From an uncultured bacterium (GTDB lineage Bacteria; Krumholzibacteriota; Krumholzibacteriia; JAJRXK01), in the NCBI GenBank assembly GCA_964593155.1, contig CAZQHE010000005.1, forward strand, positions 1-58,367: a stretch of 58,367 bases of DNA, written 5' to 3'. The position numbers were made by a program, and so were the translations under genes. This document shows, in pieces, positions 1-9,614 of the stretch. Each line of letters begins with the position of its first letter. Within the stretch, counting starts at the first letter, position 1. The notes beneath the pieces are model-generated. The model saw only the letters and a list, made by a program, of their open reading frames with translations, did not search any database and was not told where the DNA came from.

Positions 1-417
1 CTACAGGATCGTGTCGCCGAAGATCGCAGCCGTGATCGTCGCGACGACCAGGACCCAGAAGGTGACGCCGTAGGTGTAGAGCCGTCGCTGCGAGCGGACC
101 GCGCGCTGCTCGTCGCGCGCCGTACGACGCTCGCCCACCGGCGGTTCGGACGGTGGAACGGCCAGGGACAGGATCACCAGTGCCACGAGCAGACTGACCA
201 CGGCCATCGGCACCCAGCTCACGCCCCAGAGAGTGGGCCCCTGCGGTCCGATCCACGCCGACGCGAGCCACGCGAACAGACCGATCAGCACGAAGCTGAA
301 GGCCAGCGACGCCAGGACGTCGTCGGAGCGGGGATGCCGCCACCCCAGTCCGGACACGAGGATCAGGCTCAGCACACTGGCGAGCACGAACACGAAGAAG
401 AATTCACCCAGATACAT
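1..417 (-). CDS. small integral membrane protein (about 4 TM helices), function unknown
   Basis: 138-aa ORF with strongly hydrophobic segments and a basic loop (RRTARDEQRAVRSQRR). Stop codon lies at the window edge (cta at 1-3). Confidence 0.5.
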   Translation of the reverse strand: MYLGEFFFVFVLASVLSLILVSGLGWRHPRSDDVLASLAFSFVLIGLFAWLASAWIGPQGPTLWGVSWVPMAVVSLLVALVILSLAVPPSEPPVGERRTARDEQRAVRSQRRLYTYGVTFWVLVVATITAAIFGDTIL

Positions 418-584
418 GCTTCGGCTCCTCGATCTGCAGTTGCGCCCTGGAATGTGCGGTGAGAAGGCGTCTGGTTCGACGCGGGAGCCCCCGACCCCTC
501 GTCTCGGGAACGACCCGACTCCGGACCCGAGCGGAACCTCCGAGTCTGACCGGTGATCCTTCCGCGTCCCGACAGGAGGCCGTC

Positions 585-998
585 ATGATCGATCGACTCC
601 TCGCCCCCTGGTCCGAAGCCATCTACGCCGCCCTGCGCATCGTGGCGGGGCTCATGTTCTCGCTGCACGGCATGCAGAAGCTCTTCGGCGTGCTGACCGA
701 GAGCCAGCCGCCGGTGGGCTCGCAGTTGTGGATCGGCGGTGTGGTCGAGCTCGTGTGCGGTCTCGGCATCGCCGTCGGTCTGTTCACGTCGCTGCTGGCC
801 TTCCTCGCCAGCGGGCAGATGGCCGTGGCCTACTTCCAGTTCCACTGGAAGTTCCGCTTCGACGACTCGTTCTTCCCCGTGGTCAACCAAGGGGAGCTGG
901 CCGCGCTGTACTGCTTCGTGTTCCTGTACGTGGCATCGCGCGGGGCCGGCGTGGCGAGCATCGACGCGGCGCGGGCGCCGTCGGGCGAGGGTGGCTGA
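585..998 (+). CDS. DoxX-family membrane protein
   Basis: Start chosen at MIDRLLAPW, with an AGGAGG Shine-Dalgarno about 5-10 nt upstream (575-580). Hydrophobic DoxX-like pattern (MFSLHGMQKLFG...). Only 35 nt upstream of the next gene. Confidence 0.6.
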   Translation: MIDRLLAPWSEAIYAALRIVAGLMFSLHGMQKLFGVLTESQPPVGSQLWIGGVVELVCGLGIAVGLFTSLLAFLASGQMAVAYFQFHWKFRFDDSFFPVVNQGELAALYCFVFLYVASRGAGVASIDAARAPSGEGG

Positions 999-1032
999 TC
1001 GGTGAGCGCTTCTCGACGGCGACGGGCCGATC

Positions 1033-4000
1033 GTGCACACTGGTCGGACCTGCGATCGCCTGTGCTCCCGGAAGGCACCCGCGTTCGTGCGACCCGAGAA
1101 ACTCCGTCCGAAGCGCTCCGCCGTCCGCCGCGTCGAGCGGATCCTGCGCGACGAACTCGGCTGGCTGCGCGGTTTTCCCACCGCCGACGGCCGCTGGTGC
1201 ACGGTGCCTCCGGCGGCACCCAGTGGGACGATCGACCTCGACGACGGAACGCTGCACGCGACCCGGGCCCGCGTGGTGTCGCTGCACAACGAGTTCCCGC
1301 GCGCGCTGCCGGAGGTCGTGGACGACGCCGACGCGTGGTGCACCGCGACCTTCGATCTGCTGACGGCGATCGACGGCATCCGCCGCGGTCGGCGGATCGA
1401 GCGGCCGGTCCCGCCGCTCGCCCCCGAACTGCCCGCCGACGACCCGCTGCGCGACGTCCACGACGCGCTGGTGTGGAGCCATGCCCTGCACCCGAGAACG
1501 GCGCGGGTGCACTGGAAGTGGATCCTGGACCACCGCACGCTGCTCGCTCGCAGCCGTGCGTGGGTGCCCGACGACGATCCGGTGTGGATCCTGCGCCTGG
1601 CGCAGTGGGCGCGGGAACTCGGCCGCAAGCACGCGACCACCGTGGCCGCTTTCCTGGCCGACCCCGGCCGCATGCCCTGGCGCACGGACGAAGCCCGTGA
1701 ATTCCTCGTCCCGGTCCTCCAGGCCGGGGCGCGACAGCTCGACCCGGACAAGGTCGCCTGTTCCCGGGGCCGGCGCACCGTGCCCGAGCTGCGCCGTGTG
1801 CTCGATCGCATGGCCGCGGTGCCGCGCCGGACTCGCAAGCAGCTGCTGCGACTGCTCGCGGTGCTCACCCCCGAGGACGGAACCGACGACGACACGATCG
1901 GCCCGTGGGCGGAGGCGTTGCACCTGCGAGAGGCGCGGACCCGGTGGTATCGCGCCCGCATGCGCCGCGAACCCGAGTCCCCCGGGGCGGAGGCCGAATT
2001 CGAGGCCCTCGACGCTCTGCGCGAGCGATCCGAGCATTTCCCCCATCGGGTGCTCACGAATCTCGAACAGGAGTTCGAGGCCCTGGGCACGAGCAGATAC
2101 GAGGCCCGGCTCGAACCCATGATCCGTACGCTGTCGGCCGTGCCGGCCACGTCGGGATTCCGGTGGACCCTGCTCGGCGCCTTCGTCGGCGCGTTCCGAT
2201 CGTCGTGGTCGCCCGACCCGGTGCGCCTCGAGGAGACCTGGATCCGGGCGCTCCCCGATCTGTGGCGACGGTGGACGGCCGCCAGCGGCGGACGGACACC
2301 CGGCTGGCAACCGTGGTGGGACGCGTACCTCGGAGACTCCGACGACGCTGGTCCCGAGGACTGGGTCTCGTACCTCGATGAGGTTTCCACACTCGAGTCC
2401 TGCCTCGAACTCCTTCGCGCCCAGGACCGGCTGCCCCCCGAAGAGGACTTCGGTCGGATCGAGTGCTACGCGCGGTTCGTGCCCCGGTCGATCCTCACGG
2501 AGGTCTACGCATCCGGCAGTTCTCGCGAGTGCGATTGGTTGGGCCGGAAGACCGGGGCCGTCGCCGCAGTCCTGCTCGGTGAGAACGCGCGTAGCTGGAG
2601 GGCGCTGCTGCGCGCGCCGTGTCCCGACGACGAGGCAGCAGCCGTCGCCCTGCTCCGCGCCCTGCACGGGACGGTCGACGGGTCGACCTTCCACGAACGT
2701 GCGATCCCCGCCCTCGCCGAGGCGACCGATCGCGAGGTCGAGCACGCCGCGGCACTGGCTCGCCTCGTCGGAACGGCGCACGCGCGGGTCGAAGTCCGCG
2801 ACGCCCCACCCGTCGATCTCGGCGTCGCCCTCCCGGCTCCGCTGCGGCGCGCGGTCGACACCCTGGCGGCGTGGGATCCGCAGGCGGGACGTACGGCGCG
2901 TCGGATCCTGCGCAAGGACCGGCCCGACCCCGCCGAACTCCGGCGCCGGATCGAGGCCCTGGAGGCCCGCGCCCCGTTGACCGAAGCGCAGCGCCGACGG
3001 GTCGACAGATGGCGTCACTACCTCGAACAGCCGCCCCCGATCTCCGAGGCGCGCGTGGGCAACCTCGTGGCCAGGTTCGAACGCGCGACGCACCGGGCCT
3101 TCCTGCGGCGCTGGATCGACGACCGACACGCTGCGGCGCGAGCACGTCTGGAGCGATGGTTGGGGCGCAGCGTCGATTGGTTCGACGACGTCGACGTCGT
3201 GCTCGGGATCGCGGAAACGCGGTCTCTCGAATCGTCGACGCGTGACGTGGCCTGGCGGATCCTGACCGTGCGTGCGGGCGAGCCGCCGTGGGACCTGCGC
3301 GGCCACGCGGCGAACCGGAGGTTCCTGCGCGAGGCGGCGGCGCACGGGGTTCGCGTGGACCCCTGGGTCGACCGCGCGCCGGTTCGTGTCGTCGACGTGG
3401 GCCACCGTGGGACCCTCCGCGCGACGATCGAACGCGACCCCCTGCAACTGCTCCACATGGGGCGGTGGTTCGACACGTGTCTCGCTCCGAGCGAACCCAA
3501 CTACTTCTCCGTCTTCGCGAACATCGCCGACGTCAACAAGCAGGTGGTCTACGCCCGCGACGGGCGTGGGCGTGTCGTCGGTCGCGTGCTGGTGGCTCTG
3601 ACGCGCAGCTTCGGTCTGCTCTCGTTCCATCCGTATGCACACGACGCCCGCGTCCGTTCCCTCCTGGAGGAGTACGTGATCGCGCTGGCCGAGACGCTGG
3701 ACGTGCCGGTGGTCGCTCGCGGCGAGGTCGAGTCGTTGGTCGCGCGGTCCTGGTACGACGACGGTCCGGAGTCCCCGTGCGAGCCCGACCCCGTGTTCGA
3801 CGACGACTCGGACTTTCGTCGGGCCCTGGCGGAGACCGACGACCCGCGCGACCTGATCGCACGGTTCCTCGGGCCGGAGCCGCGCCCGGAGGACCTGGCG
3901 CGGGTGCTGGAACTGCCCGAATCCGAGGAGCGCCCGGAGATCGCGGTGGCCGTCGCCGACTTTCCGCCCGACCGGATGTTCCTCGTCCCACTCGCCCTGC

Positions 4001-4338
4001 AACTGCTCGAGGTCGGACACGTGGAGCGGGCGGCACGCCTGCGCGATCCCCTGGTGTCTCTCCTTCGGGAGAGTGGTCGGACCGGATACGCGGACCAGTC
4101 ACGGGCCTGGACGGCGCTCGGCCGCATCGATCCGTACCGAGCGCTCCGTCTGCTCCGCGAGTTGGAGCGGGGCCGCCCGGATCCCGAGGACCACGAGACC
4201 CACTCCTCCGTGTGGATCCGGGTCCGCCTGCTGCGGCGGCTCGGCCGTCTCCGCAAGGCCGCGCGGGTGATCGACTGGGCCGTGGCAGCGGGTGTCTTCG
4301 ACGACGCCGACGCCGACCGGATCCGTCGCGTGCCCTAG
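1033..4338 (+). CDS. large hypothetical protein (1,101 aa), no domain recognised
   Basis: Long ORF with balanced, protein-like composition rich in Trp, Leu, Asp, Glu and Arg. The competing antisense ORFs (883..4020, 369..2390) are Arg/Gly/Pro/Ser junk. No Walker, nuclease or other catalytic motif recognised. Confidence 0.6.
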   Translation: MHTGRTCDRLCSRKAPAFVRPEKLRPKRSAVRRVERILRDELGWLRGFPTADGRWCTVPPAAPSGTIDLDDGTLHATRARVVSLHNEFPRALPEVVDDADAWCTATFDLLTAIDGIRRGRRIERPVPPLAPELPADDPLRDVHDALVWSHALHPRTARVHWKWILDHRTLLARSRAWVPDDDPVWILRLAQWARELGRKHATTVAAFLADPGRMPWRTDEAREFLVPVLQAGARQLDPDKVACSRGRRTVPELRRVLDRMAAVPRRTRKQLLRLLAVLTPEDGTDDDTIGPWAEALHLREARTRWYRARMRREPESPGAEAEFEALDALRERSEHFPHRVLTNLEQEFEALGTSRYEARLEPMIRTLSAVPATSGFRWTLLGAFVGAFRSSWSPDPVRLEETWIRALPDLWRRWTAASGGRTPGWQPWWDAYLGDSDDAGPEDWVSYLDEVSTLESCLELLRAQDRLPPEEDFGRIECYARFVPRSILTEVYASGSSRECDWLGRKTGAVAAVLLGENARSWRALLRAPCPDDEAAAVALLRALHGTVDGSTFHERAIPALAEATDREVEHAAALARLVGTAHARVEVRDAPPVDLGVALPAPLRRAVDTLAAWDPQAGRTARRILRKDRPDPAELRRRIEALEARAPLTEAQRRRVDRWRHYLEQPPPISEARVGNLVARFERATHRAFLRRWIDDRHAAARARLERWLGRSVDWFDDVDVVLGIAETRSLESSTRDVAWRILTVRAGEPPWDLRGHAANRRFLREAAAHGVRVDPWVDRAPVRVVDVGHRGTLRATIERDPLQLLHMGRWFDTCLAPSEPNYFSVFANIADVNKQVVYARDGRGRVVGRVLVALTRSFGLLSFHPYAHDARVRSLLEEYVIALAETLDVPVVARGEVESLVARSWYDDGPESPCEPDPVFDDDSDFRRALAETDDPRDLIARFLGPEPRPEDLARVLELPESEERPEIAVAVADFPPDRMFLVPLALQLLEVGHVERAARLRDPLVSLLRESGRTGYADQSRAWTALGRIDPYRALRLLRELERGRPDPEDHETHSSVWIRVRLLRRLGRLRKAARVIDWAVAAGVFDDADADRIRRVP

Positions 4339-4835
4339 CCCCGGATCCTCTTCGTCAACGCCGGCACACCGCCCATGAGCCGCGTGTACAGGGCGAGCTG
4401 GCCGCCGTGGTACATCTCCTGCGAGATGCCGTGGTGCAACCACGCCAGGCGGCTGCCCTGCTGGCCGTCGAAGCGCAGGATCCCGGCCAGGATGTGGTCC
4501 TCGCCCGTGCCGCGGAGCCTGTCGATGCCCGTCTCGAGCGTGTGCTCGAGGGCTTCGACCAGTTCGTCCTTCTCGCGCAGGTCCCGGACGTCGCCGGCGT
4601 GTTCCTCGAGCAGTTGCTCGAACGGCTTGCGCGTGAAGTCGCCGTCCTGACGACACAGCTCGCCGACCATCATCTCGCTCACCTCGAGGATGTGCGCGAG
4701 CAGTTCGCCCACGCTGCGCACCTGCTCGACGGGACGGAAGTCGTACTTCGTGGCGGGGATGTTGCGGGCTTCGCCGATCACCAGACCGCGGGCGTCACGC
4801 CAGGCGTCGAGGGCTTCTTCGAGATGGGACTGCAT
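4335..4835 (-). CDS. DinB_2 / YfiT-like metal-dependent hydrolase family protein
   Basis: Start at MQSHLEEALDAWRD (residue 40 of the ORF). DinB_2-like four-helix pattern with His-containing motifs (LLAHILEV...WLHHGISQEMYHGGQLALY). Confidence 0.65.
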   Translation of the reverse strand: MQSHLEEALDAWRDARGLVIGEARNIPATKYDFRPVEQVRSVGELLAHILEVSEMMVGELCRQDGDFTRKPFEQLLEEHAGDVRDLREKDELVEALEHTLETGIDRLRGTGEDHILAGILRFDGQQGSRLAWLHHGISQEMYHGGQLALYTRLMGGVPALTKRIRG

Positions 4836-4915
4836 GGCGACCTCCGGGTGGGAGAAGCGAACGGGCGGTGCCACGCTGGCACCGCCCGTCATCGAAGCGC
4901 CTCGGCGCGACGACG

Positions 4916-7900
4916 TCAACGTCCGTCGGGGACCCCCCGACCCGGGGTCCACGGCACGCCGGCGGCGTCGAGCTCACGCTCGAGGGCCGGCAGGTCGGTC
5001 CGGACGATCGTCTGCAGCTCCTCGCTCAGGGCCTCGAGGCGTTCCACGCCGATGCGCAGGGTCTCGCGGTGCATGGGCGTGGGGCCGTAGGTCGAGCGCG
5101 ACACGCCGGTCCGGGCCACGCCGATCCGGTCCTGGATCGAGATCGGACCTTCTTCGTTGTACCGTGCACGTCGGCGGTTGCCCCGCAGGCGCTCCTTCAT
5201 CTGTTCGACCTGCCGCTCGAGCGCGCGGGCGATCGCGCTCGGGCCGTCGGCCGGAACGGGAGCCCGCGCGAGGGCGGCCTTGATGGTGTCGATGCGCTCG
5301 GCGGTGTCGTCGAGCAGCGAACCCACCGCGCTCACGCGTCCCTGCACGTCCTCGAGCTCGCGGTGGAAGGCGGCCACGTCGTCGAGCGGTGCGCCGGGCA
5401 GGCCGCGCTCGCGCAGGGGAACCAGGTCGAAGCTCTCGCGGCCGGCGAGCACGGTGACCTCGCCGCGATGACGCTGCACGAGCTCCACACTGTAGGTTCC
5501 GGGGGCGGCCAGGAAGCCGTCGCCCTCGTCGACCTCGCCGTCGGTCTCGGCGCGGTGCGTCGGGTAGCGCAGGTCCCAGGCCACGCGGTGGATGCCGGCC
5601 GAGGTCGGACCCTCGACGTGACGGACCACGTTGCCGCCGGCGTCGCGCACGGTCAGCAGGATCGTGGGTTCGTCCTCGAGTTCCTCTTCGCGCAGGGCGT
5701 CCCAACCGGGATACGGCGTGTCGCCGCCCTCGGCCGCGATCTCCTTCTCCTGTTCCTGGCGTTCCTGCTCGCGCGTCTTCAGCGCGTCGCGCAGGTAGTA
5801 GGTGAAGACCGCGCCGAAGGGCGGGTTCGGCGCCACGTAGAAGGCGTCGCCCTGGCTGGCCTTCTGGCTGCCGCCGAGCACGCGGCGCTGCACGTACCAG
5901 TCGGCGTCCTCCACCTCGAACAGGTGCGCCGGCGACTCCAGCAGATCCTCGTCGATCTCGCGCAGGGGCTCGTAGTCGTCGAGCACGAAGAAGCCACGGC
6001 CGAAGGTGGCGCCGACCAGGTCGTTCTCGCGCCGCTGGATCACGAGGTCGCGGTAGGCGATGGTGGGCGAGCCACTGAGCTCGATCCAGCGTTCGCCGGC
6101 GTCGAGCGTGAAGAACACGCCGAACTCGGTGCCCAGGAAGAACAGCTCGGGGTCCTCGTGGTCCTGCACCATGCGCCACACCACGTGGCGGTCGGGCAGA
6201 TCGCCGGTCATCGATTCCCAGGAGCGGCCCCGGTCGGTGCTGCGCAGCACGTAGGGTGCGAAGTCGCCCATCTTGTGCGCGTCGAAGAGCGCGTACACGG
6301 TGTCGGAATCGTGCAGGTCGGCGCGGATGTCGTTGACGTAGGCGCGCTCGGGGACGTCGCCGAAGTCGTCGATCCGACGCCATGTCTCGCCGCCGTCCTC
6401 GGTCACCTGGATCAGGCCGTCGTCGGTTCCCACGTACATCAGGTTCTCGTCGAGCGGCGACTCGGCGATCGAGGTGATGGTGTTGAACATCGACATCGCG
6501 TAGAGGTCCCAGGGCGCGTCGATGCTCCACACGCGATCCATCATCTCCATGGTCAGACGGTCCTCGTCGCGCGTCAGGTCGCCGCTGAGCGCGCGCCAGC
6601 TGTCGCCGCGGTCGTCGCTGCGCCACAGGCGCTGACTGGCCACGTAGATCCGGGCGGGATCGTGCTGGCTGATCAGGATCGGGCTGTCCCAGTTCCAGCG
6701 GTCGTGGGGCTCGCCCTCGGCCGGCTGGGGCTGAATGTACAGGTACTCGCCGGTGACGCGGTCCACGCGCATGTGGTTCCCCTGCTGCCACTGCGAGTAG
6801 ATGATGTCGGGATCGCTGTAGTCGATCGCCGGCTCGTGGCCGTCGCCGAACATGGTGATCCGCCAGTCGCTGTTGCGGATCCCGTGCACGTTGTCGGTCG
6901 TGGTCGGGCCGTACTGCGTGTTGTTGTCCTGGGTGCCGCCGATCACGTGGTAGAAGGGCTCGTCGTAGTCCACGTCGAGCTTGTAGAACTGCGTGACGGG
7001 CAGGTTCGACACGAACTTCCACGACTGACCGCGATCCCAGCTCTCGTACACGCCGCCGTCGCAGCCGGCCAGCAGGTAGTCGGGGTCGTGCGGGGCGAAG
7101 GCCAGGGCGTGGTTGTCGACGTGCTTGTACTGCTCGTTCACGCCCTCGAAGGTCTCGCCGCCGTCGGTGGTGCGGTGCAGCCGCACGTCCATCTGGTACA
7201 CGGTGTGCCGGTGGTGGGGATCGGCGAAGATCTCCTGGTAGTAGTGTGGGCCGGTGCCACCGCTCAGGTAGTCGTTGCGCTTCTCCCAGCTCTCGCCGCC
7301 GTCGAGCGAGCGCCAGAAGCCGCCCTCGCGGTCGCCCAGTTCGATGGTGGCGTACACGATGTCGGGATCGTGGGGTGAGACGGTCAGGCCGATCTTGCCC
7401 ATGTCCTCCTGTGGCAGCCCGGTCGTCAGCTCGCGCCAGGTCCGGCCACCGTCGACGGACTTGTGGATCCCCGACTCGGGGCCGCCGTTCATGAGCGCGG
7501 CGACGGTGCGGAGACGCTGGTGGGTGGAGGCGTACATGACGTCGGGGTCGGTCGGATCGAGGTGGACCTCGTTCACGCCGGTCCACTCGCCGCCGCCGAG
7601 CACCTTGTTCCACGTCTCGCCGCCGTCCTCGCTCATGTACAGACCGCGCTGGCCGCCGCCCGACCACAGGGGGCCCTGCGCCGCGACGTACACCACGTTC
7701 GGCGCGCCCGGCCGGATCCGGATCATGCCGACGTGTTCGGACTCCTCGAGTCCCATGTGTTCCCAGGTGCGGCCGCCGTCTCGGCTGCGGTAGACGCCGT
7801 CGCCGTAGCCCACGTGCCGGCCGCTCACGTTCTCGCCCGTGCCGACCCACACGGTGTCGGGGTCGTTGGGGTCGAGCGTGATGCAGCCGATGGAATAGCT

Positions 7901-8183
7901 GCTCTGGTCGTCGAAGATCGGCGTCCACGTGGTGCCGGCGTTGGTGGTCTTCCACACGCCGCCGCTGCCGACGGCCACGTACCACGTGCCGGTGTCGTCG
8001 GGGTGGATGACGATGTCGGAGATCCGGCCGCTCATCAGGGCCGGGCCGATGCCGCGCAGCTCGAGGCCGGCGAAGGTGCCGGCGTTCATCCTGGTGTCGT
8101 CTTCGTCGTCGGCGTGTGCTGGCGTCGCGACGCTCACGACGAACGCGCACAGCAACACGGCGAACCACGGGATCCGGTGCATG
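4916..8183 (-). CDS. secreted BNR/Asp-box repeat (sortilin/VPS10-like, PSII-stability-factor-like) beta-propeller protein
   Basis: Start at MHRIPWFAVLLCAFVVSVATPAHA (signal peptide; cat at 8181-8183). Many S/TxDxGxTW Asp-box repeats (e.g. SRDGGRTWEHM, SVDGGRTWREL, TTDGGETF, STDRGRSWESM). Confidence 0.8.
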
Positions 8184-8386
8184 CGAAGGGCCTTTCGTGG
8201 GGCGATCCGCGCGATCGGTGCGCGAGGGCCGGAGGCGGGTCGCCGGGGTCTCGGTCGATGGACGGTCGATCCTAGTGCCCCGGCGGCGTCGATTCCAGCG
8301 CGGAAGCGGGAACCGACGCCGACAGCCGACCGCGCCGGATCGCACGATCTGGTATCCTCGCGGTGGAACCGTCGAAGGAGGACGTG

Positions 8387-9577
8387 ATGCGCTGGTGGCT
8401 GTTGCTCCTCGTCGTCGCGGGGTCGGCCGACGCCCTCGCGGCTCCCTACGCCGTGGGCGTGTCCGACATCGCGTTCGTCGATGCCGATCGTGACGGGCGT
8501 TCGGTCCCCACCGACCTCTACTACCCGGCGGCCACGGCCGGGACCGACGTTCCGGTGGCCGGAACGGACGGAGAACGCTTTCCCGTGGTCGTGCTCGGCC
8601 ACGGCTACCAGATCCCCGCCGATCGCTACGGCTGGATCGCCACCCGGCTGGCGTCGAGCGGGTTCGTGGTCGCCGCCCCGCGCACGGCCGGCGAACTCTT
8701 CCCGTCGCACGAGCAGTTCGGGCTCGATCTCGCCTTCGTGGTGCGCGCCCTGCGCGAGGCGGGCGACGATCCCCAGTCCCTCTTCGCCGATCGTATCGCC
8801 CCGACCGCGGCCGTGGCCGGTCACAGCATGGGAGGCGGCGCGTCGTTCCTGGCCGCGGCGAGTGACGCGTCGATCACTGCAGTCGTCAACTTCGCCGCCG
8901 CCGAGACGGATCCCTCGGCGATCGCGGCCTGCGGGCAGCTCGTCCGGCACGTGCTCATGTTCGCCGCCACCGACGACTGCGTGACCCCGCCGGCCGATCA
9001 CCAGATCCCCATGTTCCAGGCGCTGCTCGAGGGCGACCGCACGCTGGTGAGCATCGACGGCGCGAGTCACTGCCAGTTCGCCGAGTCGAGCTTCCTGTGC
9101 GAACTCGGTGAGTTCTGTTCGCCGTCGATCTCGCGGACCGAGCAGCACGACCTGACCTGGTTCCTGCTCGAGCCCTGGCTTCGGGGCATCCTGCGCGACG
9201 AGCACGATCAGCGGGCCCTGTTCCAGAACCGACTCGAAGAGCAGGCCGGGATCTCGTTCCTGCAGGCGGGCATCCCCGTCGACGCACCGGCCGCAGCGGA
9301 CCGTGCTCCGCGGCTGCGCGTGAGTCCGAATCCCTTCAACCCGGCCACCGAGATCCGGTTCGTGCTGCCGAATGCCACGACCGTTCAGCTCGACGTGTTC
9401 GCCGTCGACGGCCGCCACGTGCGGAGCCTGGTCTCGGACGACCGGGCCGCTGGTTCGCACACCGTGAGGTGGGACGGGCACGACGACGCGGGACGGAGCC
9501 TGGCCTCGGGCACCTACCGCGTCCTCCTACGAGCCGACGACCGGGTGCGGTCGCGCGCGGTGACCCTCCTGAAGTGA
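8387..9577 (+). CDS. secreted cutinase/PETase-like alpha/beta (dienelactone-type) hydrolase with C-terminal FlgD-Ig-like / T9SS-type sorting domain
   Basis: Signal peptide MRWWLLLLVVAGSADALA. Nucleophile elbow G-H-S-M-G-G (Ser about nt 8825). Candidate catalytic Asp in ATDDCVTP and His in DGASHCQF. The last about 85 aa (SPNPFNPATEIRF...GTYRVLL...VTLLK) match the Por_Secre_tail / FlgD Ig-like beta-sandwich. Confidence 0.75.
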   Translation: MRWWLLLLVVAGSADALAAPYAVGVSDIAFVDADRDGRSVPTDLYYPAATAGTDVPVAGTDGERFPVVVLGHGYQIPADRYGWIATRLASSGFVVAAPRTAGELFPSHEQFGLDLAFVVRALREAGDDPQSLFADRIAPTAAVAGHSMGGGASFLAAASDASITAVVNFAAAETDPSAIAACGQLVRHVLMFAATDDCVTPPADHQIPMFQALLEGDRTLVSIDGASHCQFAESSFLCELGEFCSPSISRTEQHDLTWFLLEPWLRGILRDEHDQRALFQNRLEEQAGISFLQAGIPVDAPAAADRAPRLRVSPNPFNPATEIRFVLPNATTVQLDVFAVDGRHVRSLVSDDRAAGSHTVRWDGHDDAGRSLASGTYRVLLRADDRVRSRAVTLLK

Positions 9578-9614
9578 TCCGGCCGGAGGCCACGAAGGCC
9601 CCCGGCCAGCGCTG

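Noticed and set aside
883-4020. 1,045-aa minus-strand ORF (and the 673-aa ORF at 369..2390) overlapping the large plus-strand gene
   Set aside because: Extreme Arg/Gly/Pro/Ala composition with low-complexity runs and no motifs. This is the typical antisense shadow ORF of high-GC DNA. The plus-strand frame has normal protein composition.
4868-9481. Alternate-frame or antisense ORFs over the BNR-protein gene (836-aa plus ORF 4868..7378, 1,123-aa minus ORF 4974..8345), and the upstream extension of the BNR ORF to 9481
   Set aside because: Compositionally junk (RRRR/GGGG runs). The real gene starts at the signal-peptide Met at 8183. The upstream extension overlaps the divergent hydrolase gene.
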